Shown piece by piece: positions 15,606 through 35,469 of a DNA stretch of 64,000 nt. Position numbers and translations under genes: made by a program. The notes below the pieces were generated by a model. It did no database searches, was not told the DNA's origin, and saw only the letters and a program-made list of their open reading frames with translations. Within the stretch, counting starts at the first letter, position 1, and every line of letters begins with the position of its first letter. The DNA lies in the NCBI RefSeq assembly GCF_009914755.1, contig NC_060925.1; one strand, given 5' to 3'. The stretch is from the human T2T-CHM13v2.0 reference genome, Homo sapiens.

Positions 15606-16560
15606 CTGAAATAAAGAGGGTAAGAGAAGAGGTTTTAATTATTTTGTCTTATTTAGGGAGACATGGGTAATACATCAGAACATTTCTCTAGGTGAGGTTC
15701 TTTCAGCTACAGAATATAATTTTTTATTTATGATACATTTCGAAGTAACTGTATGCGACTTGTGAACACTGGCCTTTGACACCATCCAAAGTAAAAGCAT
15801 CTGCAGAGACAGGTTACCAGATACTTTCCCACATCCCAGCCCTAATGTTAGAAAAGCACAGATACACTCTAAGAATTGCCTTCCACACAATGAAATCAAG
15901 CAGTTAAGCAGCATACCACATATGCATCCTCCTTTAATTGAAGAACCACATATTAAAAGAGAAAGTAAGATTTTAAAAAAGCCATGAATGTGAGCTTTGG
16001 GTATGTTCTTACACTACTATTTTGAAGGCTTTCTGGAAGATATGTACTCTCAGTAGCTATTTCTATGACATTAGAAAAAAAAATGATATGTAGTCTCAAG
16101 ATGAGCTTCCAAGAAAAACCCTGAACTGAGTAAGTTTCCTTGCTAATGTCTAAGACTTTGCAGCCCTTTGAGGACTGTGGGTTGAACTGGCCTTCTTATA
16201 GCTGCTTGGCTCCAAGAACTTCCAGGAGGGAAAGACAATGAATAGGTTCATTAGTTGGTACTTAAAAGGACAAAGCTGTGTGCATGGCTAAACCTAAGTT
16301 GTTTATTAGTTTTATCAAGAAGGATTTTCACAAATGGCTCCAAAACAGCTGCCAACACTTGGCCAGTCTAGTAGGTATGATTGTGAAGAGACTGCATCAA
16401 AACGTCCTTGACAAAATGTCACACTGTTTTCTTTTTAATTAACCAGGTGCACAATAAGCACTACCATTGTTCTATCCTCAGCTGGGATAATAGTCAAATG
16501 ATACATTATTTACATGATTTGGAGGGGAAAATGCTGAAGTATAAAGACTCATTTTTTAGG

Positions 16561-16860
<300 letters not shown>

Positions 16861-18165
16861 AAAGACTAATTTTTTATTAGTCTTTAAACATTAAAATGAA
16901 CAAGTTGAAACAGCTACATCAAAATCCCCCTGGTTCCAAAATAACTGTCAGAATGTCTATGTCATATTCAGTATCAAAGATGATTGAGCAGAGACTGTAT
17001 CTATATTCCTTCCTTCCTTTCTCTGTTTAAGGCCTTTACTTAGGTCTGGATAAGTGCTGTCTGGGGAAAGAAGATAACTCCTGGACTTGCACTGCTGCTA
17101 CTGTGTGCAAATGGAAATTCTGAAATGCAGGGGATGTGATGGGATGAGAGTAAAACCATTTGTATAAAGAAGCAGGATTTTGTTCCATCTAGTTCTACTT
17201 TATACGTGATGTTTCTTTTTTATTGTTCTTTTCTTTTCTTTTTTTTTTTTTTTTAAATGGTAGCAGCAGAGGAGGAGACACACAGCTCAGCCACCAGCCA
17301 CAGGGGACATGATGGTTCTTGCTGGAACTTTTTTATTCTATCAATAATCACTCCCACAAAACACTGTGTCTTAATCTGTTCAAAAGTCTTCAGGTTTACA
17401 GGCCACACTCGCACTTCTCTCCACGAGTATTTTGTTGATGAAAATGGGATTAAGGAATGTGATTTCCTTAACACCATCTATCTTCATTTATCTTTAACTT
17501 GTGGTTTCAGTAATTTTGTGGCTATTTCTGAGTTTTGTTTATGTATTTGACTTAAGAAAGTAGCTGTTTATAGTCAGCAGCTAAATCATTGTTTTATATG
17601 ACACAGATTATGGCTAGTTGGTGAAATAATAGCTAGGTACACATAGGAGGTATTACCACAGTCTGTAATCACATTCATGCAAGGGTCTGTCATTTTAATT
17701 TAGCTAACTGGTCACTAGCAAGCCAATTTTCAGAGATGCTGACCCCTGTGACTGGAATCAGATTTGTTGCAGGTAGTCCACATCTGCCTTAGGCCACGTG
17801 ACTGTCACTGGACCAAGGGATGACAATAGCACCAAAATAATCACATTACAAAATTTGGCTGGCCATTCATTCAAAATATGTTTGAGACATTGCGGATACA
17901 ACAGTCAGTTAATGTACAACCACTACCCTCAACAGGCTTACTAGATAAGCTCAAATCCAGTGGTTTCTTAGCTGATTGTGTTTCTGTGTAGTGCTTTCAT
18001 TGCTGGCAAACTTTTTTACCTCTGTGATTTTGTTTTCTTTTCCCAGCAATTCTGAGGCAGGTTGGAATGGTGATTTTCCTGTTTCAAGGATGATTAAACT
18101 GAGGCCCAAAGAGTTCAAGTCAATTGCCACAATCTTTATGCTAGAGAGTGGTGGGTTTGGAACTA

Positions 18166-18490
<325 letters not shown>

Positions 18491-19519
18491 AAGATCTGCC
18501 TCCTGTCCAGTAGCCCCTGCTGCCTATCTGTAATAAGGCAACGTGACCTCTAATATACCCCCCGTGCTTCCCATCACTAGTCTATTACCCTTGTTTATTT
18601 TCTCAGTGCATATATCACCATGTGAAGTTACTTTTACTTATTGTTGATTTCCCCTCTAGATTTTAAGTGCCAGAAGAGCACTTACCTTGTTTATTCCTGT
18701 TTTCCAATACCTAGACCAGTGCCTGCACATAGTAGGCACTCAATATTTGTTGAAAAAATAAACTGAAATGGAAAAATATTTTTGGCAGTAGCTGTAGCTA
18801 CAAGTTATATCACTGAATTTTGGATCCCAGTAGAGTCTGCTTGTGACCTCTTAGGATTCTATTTTCGTTCCCCCTGAAGATTGGGAGCTGATAATCGTAA
18901 AGTACTGGGACCCCATCAGCTTCCCTCTGTTTTCAGTACACAACTCATGAAAAGACTTACAATGTGACTATCTTGGAGAAAAAAAAAGAAAGGGATAAGA
19001 AAACAATGTTTGGGCGAAAAATCTCACCCACTCATCCATAGTTCAATCTATGTTGATAGATTTGTTTTACCTATTGTACCTCTGTTTCACTATATGTTAG
19101 GACATGGGAAATCTCTGCTTTCTGAAGGCTTTTGACAGTTTTTGTTCACGCCACAGATTTGAAACGACTTAATATAAATTTCTACTTGAAGCCTTATAAG
19201 ATTATAGTACATCCTAAGCACTTTAGTATCTATTTATTAAATTCAAAAAGAATAAAGTTAGATGCTTTTAGCCTGCCTTCTCCTCTATAGCTGTGTGTTG
19301 TGGTTCTTAATCAATGGAGTCTTTGAATGGGAAAGAGATTTCAGAGGTCTTAGTTGGATTTCTCTATTGTCTTAATAGCCTGACACAGAGTAGATAAATA
19401 AATGTTTGTATATTGAAAGAAGGAAAGTGTCCTCTTCAAAGCCCTCCAGACAGTTAGGAGCAGAACTAGGCCTAGAACCCAGTTCTCCTTTCTCCCAGCT
19501 CTTACTCCTCAACACCAAC

Positions 19520-19805
19520 ATGTTTTGTTTTGTTTTTTTTTTTTTTAAAAAGGACAGGGTCTGGCTCTGTTGCCCAACTGCAACCTCTGCCCTTGATCAG
19601 GCTCAAACGACCCTCCCACCTCAGCTTTCCGAGTAGCTGGGACCACATGCATGTACCACCACGCCCACCTAATTTTTAAAAAAACTTTATAGAGACATGT
19701 TGCCCAGACTGGTCTCGAACTCCTGACCTCAAGTGATCTGCCTGCCTTGGCCTCCCAAAATGTTGGGATTACAGGTGTGAGCCACTGAGCCACCGTGCCC
19801 GGCCA
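19520..19805 (-). mobile_element. Alu with internal deletions
   Basis: reverse Alu consensus. Confidence 0.85.
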
Positions 19806-20001
19806 CTAACATGCATTTACCTCAGTCATTCCTAACAAACACTTGGAAAAGCAAAGTAGTATCCTGTGATACTCCAGAACCACTATGTTACTATGTAGCA
19901 GGATTTCATTCAGTATGCTGAGCATTTGTTGAATGTCTTTTTAACCATATTTAAAACAAGAACCAATGCCTCAGGCCCTGCCCCCAGAAATTCTAATTTA
20001 A

Positions 20002-20611
<610 letters not shown>

Positions 20612-20784
20612 CTGCATTTCTTTTATGTGTAAAGTGATACTGATATTGATACTTTGAGAACCACCATAGTAAACAAAGTGATCAGAGCAGATAATGAAAA
20701 CTCACAGCCTTGTATCTTTGTGGGCAAGGGATCAAGTCTTGGTCTTTTTGATGCATTCGCTCATAAGTTCAACTTGGTCTTTTT

Positions 20785-21248
20785 GATGCATTCACTCATA
20801 AGTTCATCGCAGCACTATACACAATAGCAAAGACATGGAATCAAGTCAGGTGCCCTTCAGCGGTGGACTGGATAAAGAAAATGTGGTACATATACACCCT
20901 GGAATACTATGCAGCCATAAAGAAAACCCAAAAGTATGCCCTTTGCAGCAACATGGATAAAGCTGGAGGCCATTATCCTAAGCGAATTAATACAGGAACA
21001 AAAGTAAATATATGTTCTCACTTAAAAGTGGGAGCTAAGCATTGGGTACGCATGGACACAAAGATGGGAACAATAGACACTGGGGGCTGCAAAAGAGTGA
21101 GAGGCAAGGAAAAACTACCTATTGGGAATTATGCTCACTACCTGGGTGACAAGATCAATTGTACCCCATACCTCAGCATCATGCAATATAACCATTAAGA
21201 GACCTGCACATGTATTCCCTGAATTTAAAATAAAAGTTGAAAAAAAAA
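20785..21248 (+). mobile_element. 5'-truncated old L1 (L1PA15/16- or L1PB-like) 3' end inserted into an L2 remnant
   Basis: ORF2 tail WIKKMWYIYTLEYYAAIKK, L1 3'UTR, aataaa and poly(A); 16-bp TSD aagtcttggtcttttt. Confidence 0.88.
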
Positions 21249-21511
21249 AAGTCTTGGTCTTTTTATCCACAGTGTCTAGCACAGAGTAGGTACTTAGTGT
21301 TGATGAATTGACAGTTGGTGACAAACCATAGTGAAAGCTCACAAATTAAACAGCTGCTTAGTCTGCTGCCATTCCTGAGCTCACAGAGTGAGAGGGAAGT
21401 ACTGCATGCAACAGTATCACAAATGCTCTCCCACTAAGGGAGTTGTCACATGGATGGCAGCTTGGCATAGTGGGCTTTCTATAATCTTACTTAGCAGCTG
21501 CCACTGTCTTA

Positions 21512-21914
<403 letters not shown>

Positions 21915-22989
21915 CTAGGGCAGTGGAAACAACATAAGGAAGACCGTCTAAGGTCAGAGCCACCCAACACTGAATTGGAGCGCCTGAGGACATGATCACC
22001 GTCCCTGGAAGTGTGCACGCAGGCCCTGGATGCTTATTTGGCAGAATGCTTTAGTCTTTCACTCTGGAGATTCTGTGGTTTGGGGATCATCTTCTTCAAG
22101 TAGGTATCTAAGTCTGAAGTCCACCTGGAATTCCAGACATACTCTCTGACACATAAGAGTTCCCTGTATATACAAGTGGGGAGGAAAGGCTAAGGGGCAT
22201 CATGAGGATCTGTGCCTTACCATAAGAACCCAAATGCTGAGAAGTTTCCCTAAGCCTCTGTTTCTGCCTCCCACCCCCTCCCTGGGTGTCCTCCCCAGTG
22301 CCTGGGATAAGTGCTTAACAAAGTTTACTGGCATTAATGCTGTTGGTGGGCAGGAGGTGCCCAGTTTGCATTGGAAAAGAGAGAAACAGCAGTAGCAAAA
22401 AGATAGCAGTGAGGGACAGGAGAGACCCACTTAGCTGGAGGGGGTGAGGGTCCATGCACCAAATAATGGGAGATAGGAGTATGCAAAGATAAAGCGATAA
22501 ACCTTTCATAACAGGTAAAGGAAGGTGAATTTTATCCAGTGTCTGTTTAGCTGAGTCCAGACTAGGAAGCTGGGCTGCATGAGTCAGTTTGACAAGGGCT
22601 TTTTAGATTTAGGAGGCTGCTCCGTTTTCCTCCTCCTCCTCTTCACTGTAAGCTGTCCCTTGAGCTGTATTCTGAAACCCTGAATGGTTTTTCCATCTCA
22701 CTAGGGACAGTTGGCAAACCCTCTCTGGCTTGGCCAGGGTTGGGGCTGGGCACTAGACGAGCCGGGAGAGGAGGTGGCTCCCAGCAATAAGCAACCCACA
22801 GAATTGTGTCTGTCATTTAAGAAAAGTTTCTGGGTTTTCGGCTAATTGCAAAAATACATAATGGATGCTTTTCGCATCTGCTAGTTATTCTGGAACAGGC
22901 CTGCATCCAAGAGCAAACTTTAAACAAACAATAAGATTATGGAGCTTAACTATTTCAATGTGTAACAGAAAGCCAAGCCCCATACACTT

Positions 22990-23270
22990 AAATTACCACA
23001 CATGCACTCAGACACAAGCACACAAGAGATCACATCTGCACAAACATACACACATACAGATGCATGTTTTGGCATTAGTGCATGCAAATGCATACTTACA
23101 TGCTAGCACCTAGTACATACATGCATGCACAACTTGCACATGTGCGCAGTCACCAGCACCAATACACATTCTCAGACACACAAATGAACGTGCATACACT
23201 CATACACAAGTATACACCAACGCATTTGGGCAACAAGACACACAGCCTCAGGCACAGATGCATTTACACA
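22990..23270. repeat. Degenerate (CA)n/(CATG)-rich low-complexity tract
   Basis: cacaca/catgca runs. Confidence 0.7.
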
Positions 23271-23915
23271 AATCATTCTTACTGCAATGAGAGATAGTCC
23301 GGGGTAGGTGTGGGTGTCCTCCCAGTGCAGAGTTAAGTGAAGCAGTCCATCAGCTGGGCACTGGCTGTCCGGGTGTTACCAGGTGTAGTTATCAGTATGG
23401 CCACCAAGAGGCGCCCAGGATCCATCCTGCATCCACCTTTCATGGCTTCTGCCAGCTGGTCAATTGTTTCTGTACCCACAAGCCTGCATCTCCCTGTTCT
23501 GGATCCCTGCACAGAACTAGGAGACTCCTTGATCCCAGCCCCAACCTTCCAGGATCCACTGTGCTCATTCTCATCCTTTCCCTGTCCCACACCACCAAAA
23601 CAACCACAAGTCCCATCCCTCCTCCCTCCTAGCAGAACGCATGCTTCAGCACTCCCTGCTTGTCCTGTGGCTGCTCCATGGAGAACTGGATCTGTCAGGT
23701 CTTGATCATGATGTGACTTCTACCTGGAACTTTTTCCACAGGAGAAGCTGTCAAAATCTCACCTATTTTTCAGTCTATGTCAGAATCTCCCAGTGCAAGA
23801 CTGCCAGAGTCAAGAATACATGTTCAAGTAATTCAGTGAATGAATTAATGCCTCACTCTAATACCTGACTCTGCCTTCCCCATTAACCCCAGCTGGAGAG
23901 GTCTCTCACCTTCTA

Positions 23916-24203
<288 letters not shown>

Positions 24204-24676
24204 CTAGAGGCAGACTCAAGATGTCATGAAGTCAACCCCTTCCAGCATCCCTGACAGGTAGCTACCCTAGCAACAGATAACTCACCCCTCCCTGAGCAGC
24301 CCTCTTCACTGGATACTTCAGACTTCCAGAAAGTTCCACTGTGTTCTTCCACATTCTCAGAGCTCTTTCATCATGACAGGGGCTGAAGCAACGTCTGATA
24401 ATGCAGTAGGAGAATAAGTGCAAAGTGCAGGGGAGGGTGTGCAAACTTTCCAGAGAAGTGGGGCAGGGAATTGGGATCAATTACAGAGGGAGTATGAGTA
24501 TAAAAACTATCATTACAGCTGCTGTTTAGTGAATGTTTACTGTGCTCATGACTGCAAATCCTTATAGAGGGCAAGCTCGAATCCAGGTCTGCCTGTCTGC
24601 AGTCTAGTCTAAAACACCTCTTGGAACATAAACAAAATAAGAGTTTTGGGAGCAGATGGGTAGGGGGACAGCCAGG

Positions 24677-26414
<1,738 letters not shown>

Positions 26415-26544
26415 TGCCGGGCAAACAGCACATCATTTGCCTGACCTAGGCCATCTCTTATTATCTACCTACATCCTCCTTTTTTCCTCCTCCTCCTATT
26501 CCTCTATTTAAAAAATAGTTTCATCTGAATATTACTCGTCCACA

Positions 26545-27210
<666 letters not shown>

Positions 27211-27613
27211 AAAATAGTCTCATCAAAGTAATGCATATCATGGTTAAAAAGCAACAGCCTCCATCTCCCTGACACCTTCTATGACGTAAAAGACTTCAGA
27301 CTCAGCCGTTTCTTCTAAGACTTGCCTCTATATATTTATTATGCTTCTCTTGCCTTTTTTTTCTTAATGTAGGCAGAATAAATGGTAAAGATTTCAAACA
27401 GTGAAAATTATGTCTTCATCCAACCCCCATTATCTCTGTCCACAAGCCCCCCTCAAAAAAGCAATGCCAGGTTTCCTGTATATTTTTCCCCTAGGTACTC
27501 AATGCATAAAATAAGCATATTCTATACATATATACATAGCTTCTTTCTCCTTTCTTTCTTTCTTTTTCTTCTTTTCTTTCTTTCTCTCTCTCCTTCCTTC
27601 CTTTTTTTTTTTT

Positions 27614-28320
27614 AACAGGAGACCAGAGTTTTATTATTACTCAAACCAGTCTCCCCCAAAACTTGGGGACTGCGGTTTTTAAGGATAAAATGATGGGCAG
27701 GTGGTCGGAAAGTGGGGAGTGCTGATTGATCCGGTTGGATATAAAATCTAGGGAGTCGAAGCTGTCCTCTTGCCATGAGTCAGTTTCTGGGCAGAAGCCA
27801 CAAGACCAGATGAGCTAGTTTATCATTCTGGGTAGGGCCAGCTGATCTGTCGAGTACAGGGTCTTTAGTTACAGAGGAGGAAGGCAGTGGCAATCTGACA
27901 TGTTAGGAATCCTGTACTGTGACTGTGTAGACAAGGTATGAGGCCAGCTCTCCTGAGGGGCTTTAATTGCTCTATAAGTCAACTTTGATTCCTTAAAGCA
28001 GTGTGTTTATATTTGAAACCATGCCATTCCAGTCAAAGCCTTGGTAAAATAACCAGCATCTCCAACTGTGTCCCAAAGTCAGACAATTGGTGCTGATAGA
28101 CAATTTTCCTTTGAATTGGGGGTCTCTTCAGTATAGTCCCTTCATGGTTTGCCAGGAAGATGTTACCAGAAAGCGGTCCCAATCCAGACCCCCAGAGAAG
28201 GTTCTTGGATCTTGCACAAGCAAGAATTTGGGATGAATCCATAGAGTAAAGTGAAAGCAAGTTTATTAAGAAAGTAAAGAAACAAAAGAAAGGCTACTCC
28301 ATAGGCAGAGCAGCATAGCT
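27614..28320 (-). mobile_element. ERV1 (MER4-group) fragments: LTR pieces plus internal sequence with a PBS
   Basis: LTR end at 28161 (tgttaccagaaagcggtcccaatccagacccc), PBS-like TGGCAAACCATGAAGGGAC on minus 28136-28154; LTR8-like piece 27614-27860. Confidence 0.65.
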
Positions 28321-28344
28321 CCTTTGCTTTTTGCACAATGGTAA

Positions 28345-28714
<370 letters not shown>

Positions 28715-29479
28715 TAGTCTCTCTTTCACCTGGTCTCCTCCTTTCCCCAGAGACTTCCTTTCAAGGCCCTCTATTATCCTACTTCAGTGTGGTCTGCTAG
28801 TGTGCAAGCCTGCTGGACATCTGTCGTCTGACTTCCTTTCACGGCTTTCTGCATGAAGTCCAGTCTCTTTGAAAGTCCTCTTTAATGGTGTATTTCCTTG
28901 TTTTTCTGGGGCACACTCTCCAGGTAACTACCTAAGGAACAGTGCAGATGATGAAGGTATTCTGACTCCTATGTATCTCCATATGTCTTTATTATATCCT
29001 TAAAAGTGATAGTTCAGCCTATATAGAATTCTAGATGGAAAGTTCAGTTCTCTGAGCAGTTGAAGCATTTCTCCATTGTCCTCTAGCATCTAGTATTGCT
29101 GAGAATTCTGAAGTCATTCTGATTCTCATTCCTTTTTGACCTTTTTTTCTTTATTTTCATTTTGCTCCCATCTGAAAGCTTTAGATCTCTTTATCCCTGT
29201 GTTCAAAAATGTTAGGATGCTGTACCTGAGTGTAGATAATTTTTTCATTCATTTTCTGGGTACATAGCTCTTTCAATATGGAAAATTTTGAACTTTATGA
29301 GAAATGTTTTATTGTAACTTTAAATAATTCATCTTTTCCATTTTTATTTGTTTTTGCAGGAATTCCCATTTGTTGGATTTTTTATTTCTTGGATTGATTC
29401 TTTATGTCTTATGTTTTCTACCTCCTTATATTTTTATTTCACTCTGAGAAATTTCCTTAATTTTAAAAGTCTATTAAAA

Positions 29480-29924
<445 letters not shown>

Positions 29925-30449
29925 TAAAAAACTATTTTTTCGTTCTTTTTTGTTTCTTGCGTTATTCCTATTTCCCCTGAGGCCATTTTATTTGTTCATC
30001 TTTCTCTGAGTTTGGAGGCTTTCCTCAAATGTGTGGTTATCTTTGATTGTCCATTCATATTTAGGAATGAAGAAATAAAAAGCCCATTGACTAGCTGGTA
30101 TGTCTTAGGTTGCCAGTGGCAACCAGTCAGTCAATCACTAGAGCAGAGGACTTCCTCTCTCCACTCCCGCCCCAATGCCAGAGCATGTCTTCTGGGGACA
30201 TTAGATTTCTCCAAAAACCCCCTGATCTCCCACCTGGAGCATAGATGCCAGCTTTCCCAGTGCTTTGTGCACAGGGGTGGGGAGAGACTGTCCAATGTAC
30301 AGACTTCCAATCAATCCCCTCTTTAAGCTCTGTCTTGCTGGTTCTGCCCAGGTGCTGCCTCCTTCCTGGCCTGTATCATCCTCTCTGCACACACTCTACT
30401 GAGGCTTTCTCTGCCCTGCTGCATCAGTTACCATCCCTCCTCCATTTGC

Positions 30450-30772
<323 letters not shown>

Positions 30773-32029
30773 TGAAATTTGTTGAAATATCTTGTCTACT
30801 GAGGTTACCTCACCCATTATCTTTATTGTTGTGGGTTTATATTCTTTTTATTCCTTAACAGTCATTTTAGAAGGCCCTTAAGAGACAAGGGTATAAAACA
30901 AGTGATCAGTTTATCACCTCTGGTCATGACATGCCAACTCAAGCTCACTCTTGCCCCCAGTCAGTACCACACTGACCCAGTTGTGAGGTCCTCAAAGTGT
31001 CTCAGGCCTCTCATTATGGCTCCCTCCACCCTTAACCCCAGGGTTAGGGGGTTTCCAAGGTTCTCTCCTCCTCAGGAAAGCACTGTGGACTCCTTTACCC
31101 TGAGGATGCATGACAGGTGAAAGCTTCTGGGAACACAGTCCGAATTGGTTCAAACCTAACAAATGAAGTGTGAACGGTGCGATTTCAGTACTAGGCTTGG
31201 TTTGGTGAAGACAGATCTCAGGCATGAATGCAGTTCTTATATGTTTTGAGCCTCTAAATTGGTACCATGTTACTTGCTGGTGATAACACAAGACTGACTC
31301 TCCCAAAGGGCTGAGACAGTTTCTGGAGAGAAGCTGTTTTACTCAGCACTACACTCTGTCCCCAGACCCTGACATGCAGTCTGTGGTCACTGAGGGGCTT
31401 TTGCGGCCCCTGACCTATGAGATGTAAAGCCTGGTTGCCCTGGAGATAGCTCCATGGGGCAGACCCATGGGCCTATGTGATATCCCCAAGACTGGGACAC
31501 CAGGCCTCCTAGAGGTCCCTACCTAGAGGATCTCCAGCCGACAGAACCTAACCAACCAGCCTGGTTTGCGCAGGACTGAGGGGTTTCCCAGAACATAAGA
31601 TCTTCAATGCTAAACCCAGAAAGTTGTAGGCATATGGGGATGAGTTGGTCAACCTACCTGCAGAGGGCTTCTCTGCTGGCCTTTCCCTCCCTTCAACTTC
31701 AGGCTGGTTTCCATAGAGAAAGGTTTGGGGCCTTGTTGGCTGCTCTAAGCTAACTTGCCAGGGTCCCAACTAGACCCCTCTGCCCCACCCCCAAATTATA
31801 GACTCACTCCCACCTCTTCCCCATCACTGAGCTGTAAAGGACAGTCCAGCTTCTCCCAGGGCAGAAGCCCTTCTACAGCCTCCCTCACCGGTCCCCCAGC
31901 TCTGCCTGTAGCCCCATAAATGGGAGCTGGGGTTGCTGTGTCCCTCACAAAGTGCTTTCCTGACACCTCCCCTCAATATTCCAACAATGACCTCATTGGA
32001 CTCCTCTTCCTCATCTCAATTAATAACGT

Positions 32030-32270
32030 GATAAAATAATGATAAATGACATTTGCAGATCACTTATATGTCAGACCTCATGCTAAGCTTTTACTATGTA
32101 TCACCTCATTTAATCATCTGAATGACATCACAGGCAGGTACTATTATCCTTATTTTACAAATGAGGAAACTGAAGCTCAGAGAGGCTAACTTACTCAGAG
32201 CCACACAGATAGTCATAATTGCAGAAATAGAGCTCAAACCTAGGAGTATCTGATGTCCAAGTCTAAGAAT
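32030..32270 (-). mobile_element. MIR
   Basis: MIR core attttacaaatgaggaaactgaagctcagagaggctaa. Confidence 0.75.
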
Positions 32271-32274
32271 GTGA

Positions 32275-32687
<413 letters not shown>

Positions 32688-32829
32688 TTAAACCTTTAGG
32701 ATATTATTTGTTTACTTAACAAGAAGTCCTTCTAGAGATGGTGCAGTAACTTAGAGGTAACAGCTCTTTCCATCTTACTATATCATTATCCCAAGGATAT
32801 AGGCATGGCAGATTGTACTTACCCAATGT

Positions 32830-33756
<927 letters not shown>

Positions 33757-35196
33757 TCCAAGCATCACTTCAAACAACCATATCTAAAAGCAGAAGTGAG
33801 TACAGAGCAAAGGCTTTCTCCTTGAGTGACTTTAAGAGGGAGGAAAATCTTAACCCAGAAGTCCCCCAGTATTATCTCTGCATATCTCATTGGCCAGAAT
33901 TGGGTTGTACCCTCTCCTAACCAAGAGAAATGGGCAAAGGAAAAGGAAGAGGGAAATGATTGTTGGGTGGACAACCAACAGTGTCTGCCATACTTGTTGA
34001 TGTGGTGGCTCTAGGAGAAAAAAGAGTTAGGTGAGAAAATGATCCAAGGCTCAAGAAGGAGCCTTCCCTACTTCCAGAAGCAAAGCTGCCTCAGTGGCAA
34101 CAAGTCTATTGAAAGCTCCTTCTTTAGATAGACAGCATGGTGTGCTGACTAGAGTTCTGCTCTGGGAGGCAGAACCTGGCTCTAGTGTGGTATAATATTG
34201 CTGAGTCAGTTTCGCATTCTGTGCCTCAGTTTCCTCATCTGCACAATGAAAGGATTCCTTCTAATTCATTCAGGTTAGGAGAAGCCAGGGCAGAAGGGAG
34301 GTGCTGGATGCTTAGCTTGTGTGTAGGCAGTGAATGGTCCAAGTCAAGCTCAGCAGAGCCTGCCTCTAGCCACAGATGCTAGGATTTGCCAAACAAACCC
34401 TAATCACTTAATGAGAAATGAAAATGGTGGCTGATTCCTCCACTTAATTACCCCTTTGAAAACAACACACAGGAGATTTACAGTAATCACCATAATCGCC
34501 TCATAAAAACCCGAGAGTTTGAAGACGGACACGCCTCATTTCTGGGAGGAATTAGAGGCAAAAATCAAGGCAGGGAATTTCTGGTCTGCCTTGGCCTTGG
34601 CTCCCTGTAATCCAGAACTCTGGCCACAGAGTGCCCGCTACCCTGGATAGCCTCCCGGTCCCAGCCAAATATTGTTCCTAATGCTCCACAGCCAAGGTGT
34701 CCTTGCAGGCCTGCTTCCTGGGTCTCCTCTGTCATGTACCAAGAAGACTCACAACTCTGAAGGTCAGGTGGAGGTCCTTTAGCAGGAGACAGAAACATCT
34801 CTGAGTCCTATCACTTACAAAATCTGAGGTAAAAGACTGGAGGGGAGGTTGGGGGACACAGGCTATTCCTAGCTGTAGAAAGCCATAGCTTATAGGTTTT
34901 CCTGAGGCCATCCTGTCCTGACTTGTACATCTTCCATGACGAGGAGTTTAGATCTCCTGGGACATTTACTGAGATACAAGGACAGCTAGAAGATTCACGC
35001 TCTGCTCAGCAGAAATCTGTCCTCTTTCAGCTCCTTAAAACTAGACTCAGATCACTGGGCATCAAGGTTATAAGTGTCCTCTGGGTTTATCTTCCCTCCA
35101 TAGCAATTTCTTTCTTTCCTGTCACTCTCCTACGTGCAATTCATTCATTTATTCAAAACTATTAAATACCTAATGTGCATCAGAGACTATCAATTA

Positions 35197-35461
35197 TATT
35201 TTTTTCCATTTTTTAAAAGAGATGGGGTCTCACTCTGTCACCGAGGCTGAGTGCAGTGGCATGATCATAGTTCACTGCAGCCTTGAACCCCTAGGCTCAA
35301 GCGATCCTCCTGCCTCAGTCTCTCATGCCCAGCTAATTTTTAAATTCTTTGTAGAGATGGGGTTTCACTATGTTGCCCAGGCTGTTCCTAAGCTCAAGCA
35401 CTTCTCCAGCATCAGCCTCCCAAAGTGCTGGGATTACAGGCGTGAGCCACTGTACCCAGCT
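35197..35461 (-). mobile_element. Alu (J-like, deleted)
   Basis: reverse Alu; TSD gactatcaatt. Confidence 0.85.
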
Positions 35462-35469
35462 TGACTATC

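Noticed and set aside
17215-17550. Poly(T) next to unique sequence with 74- and 97-aa ORFs, and an 8-bp hairpin at 17450-17471; possible processed pseudogene
   Set aside because: No recognisable parent protein, no TSD found, nearest minus-strand AATAAA is ~80 nt from the A-tract; a BLAST search would settle it
20863-21198. 111-aa ORF MDWIKKMWYIYTLEYY...
   Set aside because: Degenerate L1 ORF2 C-terminus running into the L1 3'UTR
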